A stretch of 64,000 nt of DNA from Polyangiales bacterium (GCA_038230375.1 JBBRNJ010000022.1:32001-96000), one strand, 5' to 3'; counted from the stretch's first letter, positions 29,617 through 39,986 are shown. Notes: a model not told the origin generated them from the sequence alone. Translations and numbers: made by a program.

Positions 29617-29741
29617 CGGAGTGGCTGTTGAGTCCGCCGCGGTGCGACCCTGATGTCATGGCCACGAGCGGCGTGATCTCACGAGGACACACAAAACCGG
29701 CTCGCTTCTGTCATGGCCCGACGATTGCTACCGCAGCACGC

Positions 29742-30251
29742 ATGCGAGCTTCCCTTTCACGCACGCTGCACGGGTTCACGGCGCTGGGCGCAGCGCTGGT
29801 TCTGATGGGCTGCGGCGAAGCGGCGGTCACGTACAAGGGGACCGTCACGGAGGCGGACGCGCCCGGCTTCACGTTCGACGACACGGCGAACCCAGACGCG
29901 AAGCGTGCGATCCCGGGCGTCTTCGTGACCCTGTGCGTCGCGAACGAATGCACGACGGACCTGGCGCCGCGAAGGAGCGACGCGACGACGAGCGCGCCGG
30001 ACGGCACGTGGGGCCCGCTCGATCAGATCTTTGGCGGCTCGCCCTTCGAGGACACGAAGATAGAGGTGCGCTTCGAAGCCGACGGGTTCGAGACGTTCTC
30101 CTACACGGCGATCTACGAGAAGACCCAGGACTGGGGCGGACAGTCGTTCCTCAACGTGCATCTGACGCGAACGACACCGCTACCGCGGCGACCGGCGCAC
30201 CCATCTCTCGGAAGCGAAGAGGGCATTTCTAGATCGGCCGCGCGCCAGTAG
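29742..30251 (+). CDS. Hypothetical lipoprotein
   Basis: LMGC lipobox; carboxypeptidase-regulatory-like beta pattern. Confidence 0.6.
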   Translation: MRASLSRTLHGFTALGAALVLMGCGEAAVTYKGTVTEADAPGFTFDDTANPDAKRAIPGVFVTLCVANECTTDLAPRRSDATTSAPDGTWGPLDQIFGGSPFEDTKIEVRFEADGFETFSYTAIYEKTQDWGGQSFLNVHLTRTTPLPRRPAHPSLGSEEGISRSAARQ

Positions 30252-30330
30252 CACTGCCACATGCGGGCACTGCGGGCGCAGTACGTCTCTGAGCGTCCGT
30301 CCGTGGCGCGGTCCGTGATATGAACGCGTC

Positions 30331-32172
30331 GTGGAGGAGGGCGCGTATCGACAGCCGATGGCGGCGGAGGGACTGCCGTTTCCGCGAACGCAACTCACGG
30401 CGTTCACGTGCGCGGTCCTGGGTGCTGCCTTCGGGCTCGCTCTCCTTGCCGTGATCGGCTTCGCGGACGGACCCGCAACACAACACGTCCGGGCGTTCAG
30501 TGAAGGCGGGCCGGGGATGCTCCCGCTCCTCGTGCTTGCGGTGGTCGCCCCGGCCGTGACCGCGTTCGGTGCCATTCGTATGACGCGCGGGCGGCCGGTT
30601 CCCATCCTGATCTTCTTCTTTGCGGCGCTCTTACCGCGGCTCATCGGCGCCGTGCTCGGCTACGTCGAAGGCAAAAAGACGGACCGCGCGCTCGTCGGCG
30701 TCGTCGGCGACATCGTCCCTCGCATTGCGGCTGAGGGAACGTCGGAGGCGTCGCGGTCCATCATCCTTGGTGAGCTCGTGAGCGCTGCGTGTCTTGCCGT
30801 CCTCGCGGTGGGGGCGCTGGGTGCCATCGCCACGATCGACATCAGGCACCTCGCGACGAAGACGACACCACGCGATCGCCTGTTTTCACAGGCTACTTCG
30901 GCCTGCGCCTCCGCCTGGTTCGTGGCGTCCCTCGCGCTCTTCGCGTCTTGCGTGAGGAACGGCGAGCTCACGAATGTGCGGGTCGTGGTGCTGCTCGCCG
31001 TTGCCGCGTTCGCGTTCCTCGCGACGCGGGTCTCACGGTCCTCGCCCGCGCTCCGGGCTTCCCACGACCTGCATGAGCGCCGTCTTCACCTTGGCCTGGG
31101 TCTGCTCGGCGCGCTCTGCGCGCTCATGGCAACCCTGTTCCTGGAGCACGCGCTCACTGTTCGCGAGGACGCGTACGCGTTTGGCGCCATCGCCGGCGAG
31201 TCGGTGGACCCGCGGCAGCGCATCCACATCCTCCAGAGCGCGATCGGGTTCCGGAGGTATGCCGGGGTAGCGCTCCCGCTTCACGCGGTGCTCGGCACGC
31301 TCACGTTCGGCCTTGCGACAGCGACCGCGTTCGGCCCACGAACGACCAAGAAAACGGGGCTCCCGTGGCGCGCGGTCGCGGTGCAAGTCGGGGTCCTTGC
31401 GATCTTCGCGGTCCTCGCCATGGAGCGCAGGACACAGGTCGCGCGGCTGGTCATCGCGGGCGCCGCCTTCGATTTCGCTCGCGACATCGCGGCCCCTGGC
31501 GTCGTCGGGCTGACGGACCGGCGCGGCGTGGGCGACGGCCGCCGCCTCGTGATCACGGCAGGTGGCGCAATCCGCGAGGAGACCCCCCTCATGTACGACG
31601 ACGCGCCAGATCCTTCGCCGCAACCTCGCCGCCTCGAAGGCTTCGACACGTCGCCTTCGTCGCGCCTCGAGGTCATGGCGGACGAGCGTCTCACGAGCGC
31701 GTCCCTCGTGGAGCTCCTTGGCGCGAAGGGCATCCACGCGTTTCAGCTCATGGTGATCTCCACGCAGTCGGTCGAAGACGGTCTCCCGCCCATCGACCCA
31801 CGGCCGATCGGCGAGCTGGGTGCGCTCGTCGCGAACGGCTGGCTCCTCGGGATCGACGTCGACACGCAATACACCGGCGCGCCGGTCACGGCGGAGATGC
31901 GGAGCAAGGACACGCTCGCGGTCGTGTTCAACATTCCTGGCTCTGCGCCCACCCACGTGTCCACCGACCTCTCGAACCGGACCGAGGCGGTCCGTGCGCT
32001 ACGGGCCGCCGCAGCTACCCGCGGTATCGGGTCACAGGATCTGTTCCAGGTCGCGTTCTGCAGGGAGTGCACCGTGGGCGATCTCGCACGAGCCATCACG
32101 CTGCTCGACGGCGCATTCCCCGCACAGCAATGGCCAGGACGACGAGTGCGCGTACACGCCAGCACGCCGTGA
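30331..32172 (+). CDS. Polytopic membrane protein with two MotA/ExbB-like segments and C-terminal ExbD-like region(s)
   Basis: RIAAEGTSEAS and FGAIAGESVDPRQRIHIL match FGAVAGESVDASQKARILAEGISEAM of 5264-5923; LEVMADERLT is ExbD-like. Confidence 0.65.
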   Translation: MEEGAYRQPMAAEGLPFPRTQLTAFTCAVLGAAFGLALLAVIGFADGPATQHVRAFSEGGPGMLPLLVLAVVAPAVTAFGAIRMTRGRPVPILIFFFAALLPRLIGAVLGYVEGKKTDRALVGVVGDIVPRIAAEGTSEASRSIILGELVSAACLAVLAVGALGAIATIDIRHLATKTTPRDRLFSQATSACASAWFVASLALFASCVRNGELTNVRVVVLLAVAAFAFLATRVSRSSPALRASHDLHERRLHLGLGLLGALCALMATLFLEHALTVREDAYAFGAIAGESVDPRQRIHILQSAIGFRRYAGVALPLHAVLGTLTFGLATATAFGPRTTKKTGLPWRAVAVQVGVLAIFAVLAMERRTQVARLVIAGAAFDFARDIAAPGVVGLTDRRGVGDGRRLVITAGGAIREETPLMYDDAPDPSPQPRRLEGFDTSPSSRLEVMADERLTSASLVELLGAKGIHAFQLMVISTQSVEDGLPPIDPRPIGELGALVANGWLLGIDVDTQYTGAPVTAEMRSKDTLAVVFNIPGSAPTHVSTDLSNRTEAVRALRAAAATRGIGSQDLFQVAFCRECTVGDLARAITLLDGAFPAQQWPGRRVRVHASTP

Positions 32173-32316
32173 GTCGTTCGTGCGTTCTGCCGCGTCGCCC
32201 GTGAGGCTGCCCGGTGTTCGGCCGCAGGCGCATGACCCAGCAGCGCACGCAGGGCGAGGCTCCGCGGAATTGCGTGTGTGGTGCACGTGGCTCGCCCGTT
32301 GCAGAGCACCCATCGC

Positions 32317-33189
32317 ATGGCAATTCGCCCCTGCGTCATGGCAGTCCCTTTGCTCGCAGTCGTCGCTTGCGGCGGCACCCACATGCAGTCGATGGATTCC
32401 TCATCGGTGCATGGCGCTGGCCCCCCCTCTACTTCATCCGTTCTTGCCAACGCGCCCACGCGCTCGAGCGCGGACTCCGCTCCTTCCAGCTCCCCAGCGG
32501 TGCGCACGTATTCGACCAACGATGTCGTGGCGCGAGCCGCCGCATGCAGCGTGGCGGTGCAGGCCGCAGGAGGGCCCCACGGCGCACCTTCCAACGTGGC
32601 GGACACCTGTCGTGATGCTGGCTCGGCCGCCGATGTGGCGTGCACCCAGGGTGACAAGGAGAGCTGCGCGATCGCGAAGTCAGTGCATGGCTTCGCCGCC
32701 GTCATGCCCCTCCTTCAGCAGGTGCAGGCCGCCAGGAGCTGCGCGGCCTCGTCAGTCCGCGAATGCGAGGCGCTGTGCGATCTCGGCGATCTGGACGCGT
32801 GCGTCGAGGTCGGCAGCATGTACACCGAGGGCAGACGAGTCAGGCGTGACCTGGGCCAAGGCGTGTCGGTGCTTGGGAGTGCCTGCGACAGGGGTTCGAT
32901 GCGTGCATGCTACACGCGCGGCGCAAGCCTCATGGTGCTCGATTCCGGCGCCGCAGCCCCGTCACTGCAGACCTCATGCGAGAGCGACGTGGCGCCATGG
33001 AACGACGTCTCTTGCGCCATGCTGGTCACGATGCTCGATCGCGGCTCCTACAAGCCCAATGACGCCGAGAAGCGGGCGTTGCTCATCAAGCTCTGCGAAC
33101 GCGAACAGAGCGGCGCGCATACGCACGGCAACACGAATGCCTGCGGACGGCTACAGGACACCTCGAGCGGCCAGGCGGGTGTCTTCTAG
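32317..33189 (+). CDS. Sel1-like/Cys-rich repeat lipoprotein
   Basis: VVAC lipobox; CDLGDLDAC..GSMYTEGRRVRRD; ACDRGSMRAC. Confidence 0.7.
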   Translation: MAIRPCVMAVPLLAVVACGGTHMQSMDSSSVHGAGPPSTSSVLANAPTRSSADSAPSSSPAVRTYSTNDVVARAAACSVAVQAAGGPHGAPSNVADTCRDAGSAADVACTQGDKESCAIAKSVHGFAAVMPLLQQVQAARSCAASSVRECEALCDLGDLDACVEVGSMYTEGRRVRRDLGQGVSVLGSACDRGSMRACYTRGASLMVLDSGAAAPSLQTSCESDVAPWNDVSCAMLVTMLDRGSYKPNDAEKRALLIKLCEREQSGAHTHGNTNACGRLQDTSSGQAGVF

Positions 33190-33197
33190 TTACTGAC

Positions 33198-33572
33198 TCA
33201 GGCCTTTGGCGGCTGCCAGAGCTCTACGCGCCTTCCGTCGGGATCGTGAATCCAGGCAAATTTCCCGAACTCCGAGTCGTCTCTTCCCAGACACGGGATG
33301 CCCGATTTCGCGAGGTCGGCGAGCAACGCATCCAGATCATCGACGCGAAAGTTCACCATCATTTGCTGGTCGCTCGCGCCGAAGTATTCCGTGTCCTCTT
33401 TGAACGGCGCCACGACGGTCAAGCCCTCGCCTCCATCGAGCTCGCGCCACGCGAGGTTCAGACCGCCATGCTCGTCCTTCGGGATCCCGAGATGCTTCTC
33501 GTAAAACGCCGTCGCCGCTTCCGGGTTCTTGCTCCGAAAGAACACGCCGCCAACACCGGTGACTCTCTTCAT
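33198..33572 (-). CDS. VOC/glyoxalase family protein
   Basis: MKRVTGVGGVFF, MVNFRVDDL, DPDGRRVELWQP. Confidence 0.92.
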   Translation of the reverse strand: MKRVTGVGGVFFRSKNPEAATAFYEKHLGIPKDEHGGLNLAWRELDGGEGLTVVAPFKEDTEYFGASDQQMMVNFRVDDLDALLADLAKSGIPCLGRDDSEFGKFAWIHDPDGRRVELWQPPKA

Positions 33573-33628
33573 GCGCGAAATCCTAACACTACGGCGGGAC
33601 GGCGCCGCACGTGACGAGGTACCGCGAA

Positions 33629-35251
33629 TCAGAAGTTGGTTTCGACGCCGGGTGTGCGCGCGAGGATCGTGAAGTCCCCCAGCTCGAGCTCCTTCGAGTA
33701 GCCGCGCGGAAGCCACCAGTCACTCGAATCCGTGGTGTCCCGTGCCTGCGTCAGCGTCACCACGAATCTGGGGGGATTGGATGACAGCGCCTTCCGATCC
33801 TCCTCCACCCATTCCTGCCGCTTGTACATCCGCGTGTCGCTGACAATGAACGTGCTCCAGAAGAACCGTCCCGGGTACCTGCGCCTTGCAGCTGCGTAGA
33901 CCTGCGGCTGGAAGCCCCGGACGGCGATCACATCAGACTCGCGCGTGTGCTCACGCAGCCAGATACCGGCCTTTTCGTTGTCACGGGCACCAGCCGCCCA
34001 ACCGTGCTCGACGAAGTGATCCATGAACTCGTCGCGCGTCACACTCCCCTTCAGCCACCCGATCGCGGCGAGGTTGATGTCCGAGTATCGTCCTACCTTG
34101 TCGCCAGTGAGACCGTACAGACCCAAGAGGACCAGGGCAGACGCCGCCGCCGCGCGACCGGTTGGCCAGCTGCGCGCACGCAGAACAGCAATGAGGTCGA
34201 CCGCGAGGTTCACGCACACCACGGTGGCCGCGGGGATGAACGCACCCCAGTGACCCAGGAAAAACTTCCACTGCATGACGACCGTCAGATAACCAGCGAT
34301 GCAAAACGCGACGCCGATCCCATGGCGCCGGAGTCGCTCCCTCTGCTTCTTCTTTCTGGCCCATGCTGCCACCGCGATCAGTGCGAGGAGGCCAAGCGTC
34401 GATAGCGGGTGATAGTGGATGTAGAACAAGCCCGTGTGGTGAGCGAGCGTGCCGGGCGACATCGAGTCGGACTCATGGCGGATGTAGTCACTGTTGGCCT
34501 TGACCACGATGTCGTAGAAATCATGAAGCGCGCCATGCAATCCAAAGTACGCAAACGCGATCGCCGGAACCACGGCTGCCGCGCCACCGAATGCCAGCAG
34601 CGCCCATAGCGATCGTTTCACGCGCTGGGACTTCTCTTCGCGCACCCGTAGCAGAAGAAGAAGAACCACCAGGACTTCGAACACCATGGCGGATGGCTTC
34701 ATCAGGACCGCCGCACCGCACAGGAGGCCCGAGATCACCTGCGCGCGTCGCTCACTGGAACCATGCAGGACGACAGCGGCCGACGCGATGGCGGCGGTCG
34801 CGAGCCAGATCTCGCCCTCCCCTGTCTCACGAAAATCAAAGAAGCCAAAGTACAGGAGGCTACCCGCAAAACACGAGAGTCCCCGAAGGCCCTGCATGGG
34901 CGTCTGCCCGCGCGGCGTCGCGACATTGGCAGCCGACCATCCAAGCCAGAGAATGCAAAGGAGCTCCAGAATACGAATACCCCAGTAGTGCTCTCCGAAT
35001 GCCAGCACCGAAATGGCGTGAATGATGTAGATGCCCGGTGTCTTGTGATCGAAGACATCCCGATAAGGGATGGCCCCGCGCAGCGCCCACTCGCGTCCAA
35101 CGTAGTAGTAGAGCCCCTGGTCGCGGCCGAATGGGTACGTGAGCGTGACCCACCCGAACACGAGCGCCGCGAGCATGAGCGCGGCATCGGTGACGTGAGC
35201 TCGCAGCCGCTGGACGACACCAGGTCGTTCCTGATGGCTCGCGCCGCTCAT
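33629..35251 (-). CDS. GT-C membrane glycosyltransferase (PMT/ArnT-like)
   Basis: RDQGLY, PYRDVFDHKTPG, multiple TM helices. Confidence 0.85.
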   Translation of the reverse strand: MSGASHQERPGVVQRLRAHVTDAALMLAALVFGWVTLTYPFGRDQGLYYYVGREWALRGAIPYRDVFDHKTPGIYIIHAISVLAFGEHYWGIRILELLCILWLGWSAANVATPRGQTPMQGLRGLSCFAGSLLYFGFFDFRETGEGEIWLATAAIASAAVVLHGSSERRAQVISGLLCGAAVLMKPSAMVFEVLVVLLLLLRVREEKSQRVKRSLWALLAFGGAAAVVPAIAFAYFGLHGALHDFYDIVVKANSDYIRHESDSMSPGTLAHHTGLFYIHYHPLSTLGLLALIAVAAWARKKKQRERLRRHGIGVAFCIAGYLTVVMQWKFFLGHWGAFIPAATVVCVNLAVDLIAVLRARSWPTGRAAAASALVLLGLYGLTGDKVGRYSDINLAAIGWLKGSVTRDEFMDHFVEHGWAAGARDNEKAGIWLREHTRESDVIAVRGFQPQVYAAARRRYPGRFFWSTFIVSDTRMYKRQEWVEEDRKALSSNPPRFVVTLTQARDTTDSSDWWLPRGYSKELELGDFTILARTPGVETNF

Positions 35252-35461
35252 CGCGGACGCTCTACGATCGTGAGACCCCAGAGGACGCTGACCGTCCGAT
35301 GGTAGGAGGAGCTGACCATGGCTCTGATCCCGCTGTACCTACCACACAGCGTCGAGGTCGATTGGATCTCCGGCAGCTGATGCCTCCGCAGGCCGTGCCG
35401 CCATCGACAGCCGGGATCCCTCCGGCTAGACTCGGCAGTTCCGACGGAGGGACAGAATGAG

Positions 35462-36060
35462 TTGAAACGCTGGTTTTCAGCAATGACGAAGCGCTTCCTT
35501 GGTGTCACGACTGTGCTCGTCATGACGGGGTGTGGCGCCGGGACGAAGGGGAGCGACCCGGCGAAGTATTCACCCGAGTTCGCGGTTCCCGCGGCGATCC
35601 GGATACCCGTCCAGCGATTTCAGTATTCCAATGGGCTGACGCTGCTCGTCAATGAGGACCACAGCAGCCCTCTCGTGGCGGTATCCATGCTGTATCGCGT
35701 GGGCTCGGCGCGTGAGGAGCGCGGGCAGTATGGCCTTGCCCATTTCGTGGAGCACCTGCTGTACGACGAGACGATGCCCAAGGGCGCGCTCGAGCTCGCG
35801 CTCTGGATGGAGAGCGAACGCATATATCGGGCTCGGCGGAGGCGCTGTCTGGCTGGGCGCTCACACCAAACGAACCGCTCGACCACTTTCTGGAGCGGCA
35901 GTTCGCGCTCAAAGTGCCAACCACCGAAGACCTCTTGCGAGTGGCAAAGACGCATCTCAATTCGGACGCGCTCCACGTCGTCTTCGTCGGCGACGCGAAG
36001 GTACTCACACCTGCGCTTGCGAGCGCGGGCCTTGGCTCCGTCGAAGTGGTCCCCTACTGA
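35462..36060 (+). pseudogene. Collapsed M16 (pitrilysin) peptidase remnant
   Basis: NGLTLLVNEDHSSPLV..GLAHFVEH (HxxEH) jumps to LELALWMESER; another frame gives the M16-like C-terminus EDLLRVAKTHL..VVFVGDAK..GLGSVEVVPY* (TGA 36058-36060). Confidence 0.8.
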
Positions 36061-36260
36061 CGCGGGGCGGTCCACTTCAACCACGTAGAGGGGCCGTGGG
36101 CGCGCCCCGCAAGGACATCATCCAGCGCGACGGCGGATCACTTCGGCCCAGGCAGCTGCCGCACACGACTCGTCGCCAAGGCTGACAAGAGGCGCCTCGG
36201 CACCCTGCCGCGCACCCGCGTCTCATCTTGCGTTTTGCCGCGGTTTTCCTTGGGCTGGAG

Positions 36261-36288
36261 TTGACGGACGCTGGATCCTGAGTAGGGT
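36261..36288 (+). promoter_or_regulatory. Putative sigma70 promoter, possibly giving a leaderless transcript
   Basis: TTGACG-N16-TAGGGT, 7 nt before GTG at 36296. Confidence 0.4.
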
Positions 36289-36295
36289 CCCTTCC

Positions 36296-37369
36296 GTGAA
36301 GCACCTGTTGAGGGACGTTCGTGGTGTGGGGGTCTGGTTGGCGCTTCTCTTGGCGTCGTCTGGCGCTTGCGCCCTCGCGATGTCCGGGTGTGCGTCCAGC
36401 GAGGCTGACACCGGCGGGACCAACGGCGACGACGGCGGCTCGTCCGGCAACGCGGACGGCGCGGGTCCCGGCACGGACTCCGACTCCGGGTCCACGGGCG
36501 GTGGCGCGGACGCAAACGCGGATGGCGCGAAGGGCTCGGGGGACGCGGGCGCACTGCCCGACGGCGCGACCTGGAAGAACTCGCTACGCGTTTGCTGGAA
36601 CGATCCGAACTGCACGCGCGCGCTCACCATCGGACACGGCGGCGACTGGGCGCCCGCTGGCCCCGGGTACGACTCCAACGCCGCGCTCGCGGCTGCGATT
36701 GCGAGCGATGCGGACGGCGTGAAGATCGACGTGCGCTACACGATGGACAACATCGGCGTCATCTCGCACTCCAGCCCGATCCAGCTCTACGAGTCGATCG
36801 ACTGCAACGGAAAGAAGATCGAGGACATAACGGCCGCGCAGGTGACCGGCTGTCACCGCGTGCCCAACAACGAGAACTTCCAGAAGCTCGACGACGTGCT
36901 CGACACGCTGCGCGGAAAGCTTGCCATCCAGCTCTGCGTGAAGCTGAACACGGACTTTGGCAAGACCATCCAGAACGTGCTCGCGAAGAATGCACAGGAC
37001 TTCGCCTTCATCGAGGCGAACTCCGGCGACTTCCCCGCCATCACCGCGCTCCCCAACTACGCGCAGCTCTATTACGTGGTGAACGTGGGCAGCACCATCG
37101 CGGACATCGACACGGTGATCGGCTTCAAGAACTCACGCATCATCATGCTGGAGCTCGATCCCACCGTCGCGCTCAACGGAATGGCGGCGACCAAGATCCA
37201 CCCGGCGGGCATGCACACGTTCACGTACGACAACTCGGACACAGCCACGCAGTCACAGCTGAAGGCCCACTTCGATGACGGCTACGACGTGGTCTCCTCG
37301 AACGTGACAAAGCCAAACGTGGCCGCGCGAATCCAGGTCAACCAGGCCCGCAGCGTCACGCCGCCCTGA
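36296..37369 (+). CDS. Lipoprotein with divergent glycerophosphodiester phosphodiesterase (GDPD) fold
   Basis: MSGC lipobox; IGHGG..ADGVKIDVRYTMDNIGVISH, GYDVVSSN follow GDPD motif spacing. Confidence 0.7.
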   Translation: MKHLLRDVRGVGVWLALLLASSGACALAMSGCASSEADTGGTNGDDGGSSGNADGAGPGTDSDSGSTGGGADANADGAKGSGDAGALPDGATWKNSLRVCWNDPNCTRALTIGHGGDWAPAGPGYDSNAALAAAIASDADGVKIDVRYTMDNIGVISHSSPIQLYESIDCNGKKIEDITAAQVTGCHRVPNNENFQKLDDVLDTLRGKLAIQLCVKLNTDFGKTIQNVLAKNAQDFAFIEANSGDFPAITALPNYAQLYYVVNVGSTIADIDTVIGFKNSRIIMLELDPTVALNGMAATKIHPAGMHTFTYDNSDTATQSQLKAHFDDGYDVVSSNVTKPNVAARIQVNQARSVTPP

Positions 37370-37383
37370 TCGGTCCGATCCTG

Positions 37384-38793
37384 TCAGGCGATCACGTGAA
37401 CGCGGATGCTGTTGGTGCTCCCGGACACACCGATCGGCGCGCCGAAGACGAGCACCACGCGTTCGCCGGGCGACGCCAGGCCCATGCCCATCAGGTCCGC
37501 GGTGCAGTAGTCCACCATGGCCTCGATGTCGCTGGTCTGCGGGAGCTCGCGCGGGACCACGCCCCAGTAGAGCGCCATCTTCCGTAGCGTGGCCTTGTTC
37601 GGTGAGAACGCGATGATCGGCACCTGTGGACGCGCGAGGCTCACGTTCATGGCGCTGCCGCCGTTCTCCGTGAAGGCGACCAGGAACTTCGCGCCGATCT
37701 CCTTGGCCGTGTTCACGGCGCCGCGCGCGACCGCCTCTGGAACGCTGCTGGCGCGGCTGACGTTCGGCGGCGGCTCGTAGAACGAAGACGCCTCCGACTC
37801 CATCGCGATGCGGCTCATCATGGCTGCGGCGAGCTGCGGATGGTCGCCCGTGGCCGTCTCCCCGGAGAGCATGACCGCGTCGGTGCCCCAGAAGACCGCG
37901 TTTGCCACGTCGCTTGCCTCTGCACGCGTGGGGCGCGTGGACTTCGTCATGGACTGGAGCATCTCGGTGGCAACGATGACGGGCCGGCGCACGCGGCGCG
38001 CAACACCCAGGATCTGCCGCTGGATGACGGGCACGCGCTCGGGTGGGAACTCCACGCCAAGGTCTCCGCGCGCGACCATCACGCCGTCCGATGCGGCGAC
38101 GACGCTCTCCAGGTTCTCGAGCGCGTCCGGCGTCTCGATCTTCGCGATGACGGGCGTGGGCTTGCCCCACTCCTGGCAGATCTCGCGCACGAGCTTCAGG
38201 TCGTCGGCGCGGCGCACGAATGACAGCGCGACGTAGTCCATGCCGCAGGAGAGACCGAAGATGAGGTCCTCCTTGTCCTTCTCCGTGAGCGCGGAGATGC
38301 GCATGGTCTTGCTGGGCAAGTGAACGCCAACGTGGTTGCGCATGCCGCCGCCCTGATGGACGTGCGCGCGGACCTTGTCGCCGTCGATGCCGGTGACCTC
38401 GAGCACGAGGCGCCCGTCGTCGAAGAGGATCTTGTCGTGCATGCGCACGTCGCCGGCGAGGCCTTCGTACTGGATGGTGATCACGCGCTCGTCATTCGAG
38501 TGCTCGCCTTCCATCAGCGTGACGTCTATGCCGGACGGAAGATCGAAGTTCTTGGGGAACGTTCCAGTGCGGATCTTCGGACCGCAGAGATCTTGCAGCG
38601 CGGCGACGTGCTTCTTCTTGTCGTCGCTTGCTTCGCGCAGGCGCTGGAGCCGCGCTTTGTGCTCCTCGTGGGTGCCGTGCGAGAAGTTGAGGCGCGCCAC
38701 GTCCATTCCGGCGTCGATCAGGGCGCGCAGTCCCTCTGCGGAGTCACACGCAGGTCCGAGAGTGCACACGAGCTTCGCGCGACGGATCGCCAT
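37384..38793 (-). CDS. pyk: Pyruvate kinase
   Basis: CTLGP, RLNFSHG, AKIE, MVARGDLGVE, MLSGET. Confidence 0.97.
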   Translation of the reverse strand: MAIRRAKLVCTLGPACDSAEGLRALIDAGMDVARLNFSHGTHEEHKARLQRLREASDDKKKHVAALQDLCGPKIRTGTFPKNFDLPSGIDVTLMEGEHSNDERVITIQYEGLAGDVRMHDKILFDDGRLVLEVTGIDGDKVRAHVHQGGGMRNHVGVHLPSKTMRISALTEKDKEDLIFGLSCGMDYVALSFVRRADDLKLVREICQEWGKPTPVIAKIETPDALENLESVVAASDGVMVARGDLGVEFPPERVPVIQRQILGVARRVRRPVIVATEMLQSMTKSTRPTRAEASDVANAVFWGTDAVMLSGETATGDHPQLAAAMMSRIAMESEASSFYEPPPNVSRASSVPEAVARGAVNTAKEIGAKFLVAFTENGGSAMNVSLARPQVPIIAFSPNKATLRKMALYWGVVPRELPQTSDIEAMVDYCTADLMGMGLASPGERVVLVFGAPIGVSGSTNSIRVHVIA

Positions 38794-38843
38794 GGCGCGC
38801 GATTATGCACCTTCTGCGCGCGCCGGGGCTCTCTTTTTCGGGA

Positions 38844-39932
38844 CTAGAAAGAACCCGAGAGCGTCGCGCCGGTGAAGGTCGGTGAAGAAACGGGGGACAC
38901 CGACGTGAGCGTGTCGAACGTGAGACGCGCCACACTCGGCGGCTTCGGCATGCTGGTCCGCGGGCTGGTCGGGGGGCTGGTCGCGGGGCTAGTCATGGAG
39001 GCGGACGCGATGGGGCCGGTAGGCTCCACGAAGTGCCACACGAGCCCGCCCGCCATGACGACGAGGCCGACGACGCCGATCACGAGCCCCGTGTTCGCGC
39101 GTGACGTCGCGACCTCGGCAGCCTGCTGCACGCCGCCTGAAGAACCCGTTGCGCACGAGCGCGAGTCGAAGTTGCATTGTGCAGGCACGTCGCCTCGATT
39201 GACGAAGTACATGATGCCGCCGCTGACGGCCGTGACTCCACCGACGCCGACGAGGATCCACGGATAGATGGTGTGCTCGCGCGTGGTGGGCGTCACCGGT
39301 CCCGTGTCGCCGCTTCCCGAGCCCGAGCCCGCGCCCGAGCCGGAGCCAGAGCCAGAGCCCGAGCCGTTCCCCGTGCCGCCGCTGCTTCCCTTCCACTGGA
39401 AGCTGATGGCGCGCGCCTTCTCGCCCTCGCGGATGAGCACCTTCTGCTCCATGGGCTGCGCGCCGTCGCGCTCCAGGCGCACCGTGTGCTCGCCCGTGGG
39501 TACGGCCATGCTCTTGCCGTCCAGGCGCGATTGCACCTGATGGCCATCGACGAACACGCGGACGTCCACGATGTCTCCGCCGCTCTCGTCCTTGGCGCCC
39601 ACCACGATGGAGGGCATGAGTGCGGCGACCTCGTTCAGCCACATGTTGCAGTCCGCGCGCACCACGCTGGGGCAGCTCTCGCGCGAACAGATGAGGAGCT
39701 CGTGCTGCGCCTCGCCGAGCTTGCCGTCCAGCCGGAAGCGCTGGGCCTTCTCCGACGAAGCAACGCACGCTTGCTTGCTGTCGCCGCTACTACCGCCTGC
39801 TCCGGGCGCGGTTCGCTGCGCCGCTGCGTCGCGAGCGGATAGCCCGAGGGCGAGGAGAACTCCAAAGGTGGATACAACGCAGAGCCGCCGCACACTGGGA
39901 GAATACCCGAACCCAGGAAAGTTCTCGCGCAT
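38844..39932 (-). CDS. Secreted PEGA-like domain protein (myxobacterial)
   Basis: Signal peptide; ICSRESCP..VRADC; VFVDG..PTGEHTVR; GS linker; two C-terminal TM segments. Confidence 0.75.
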   Translation of the reverse strand: MRENFPGFGYSPSVRRLCVVSTFGVLLALGLSARDAAAQRTAPGAGGSSGDSKQACVASSEKAQRFRLDGKLGEAQHELLICSRESCPSVVRADCNMWLNEVAALMPSIVVGAKDESGGDIVDVRVFVDGHQVQSRLDGKSMAVPTGEHTVRLERDGAQPMEQKVLIREGEKARAISFQWKGSSGGTGNGSGSGSGSGSGAGSGSGSGDTGPVTPTTREHTIYPWILVGVGGVTAVSGGIMYFVNRGDVPAQCNFDSRSCATGSSGGVQQAAEVATSRANTGLVIGVVGLVVMAGGLVWHFVEPTGPIASASMTSPATSPPTSPRTSMPKPPSVARLTFDTLTSVSPVSSPTFTGATLSGSF

Positions 39933-39986
39933 GATCGTCGTGCGGAGCCGAAGATGGGGGCGTTTCGTGCTACTTCCATGCCCACG

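Noticed and set aside
27152..29692. 846-aa ORF
   Set aside because: The N-terminal half is a shadow frame of 28336-29616; the lipoprotein signal begins at 28297.
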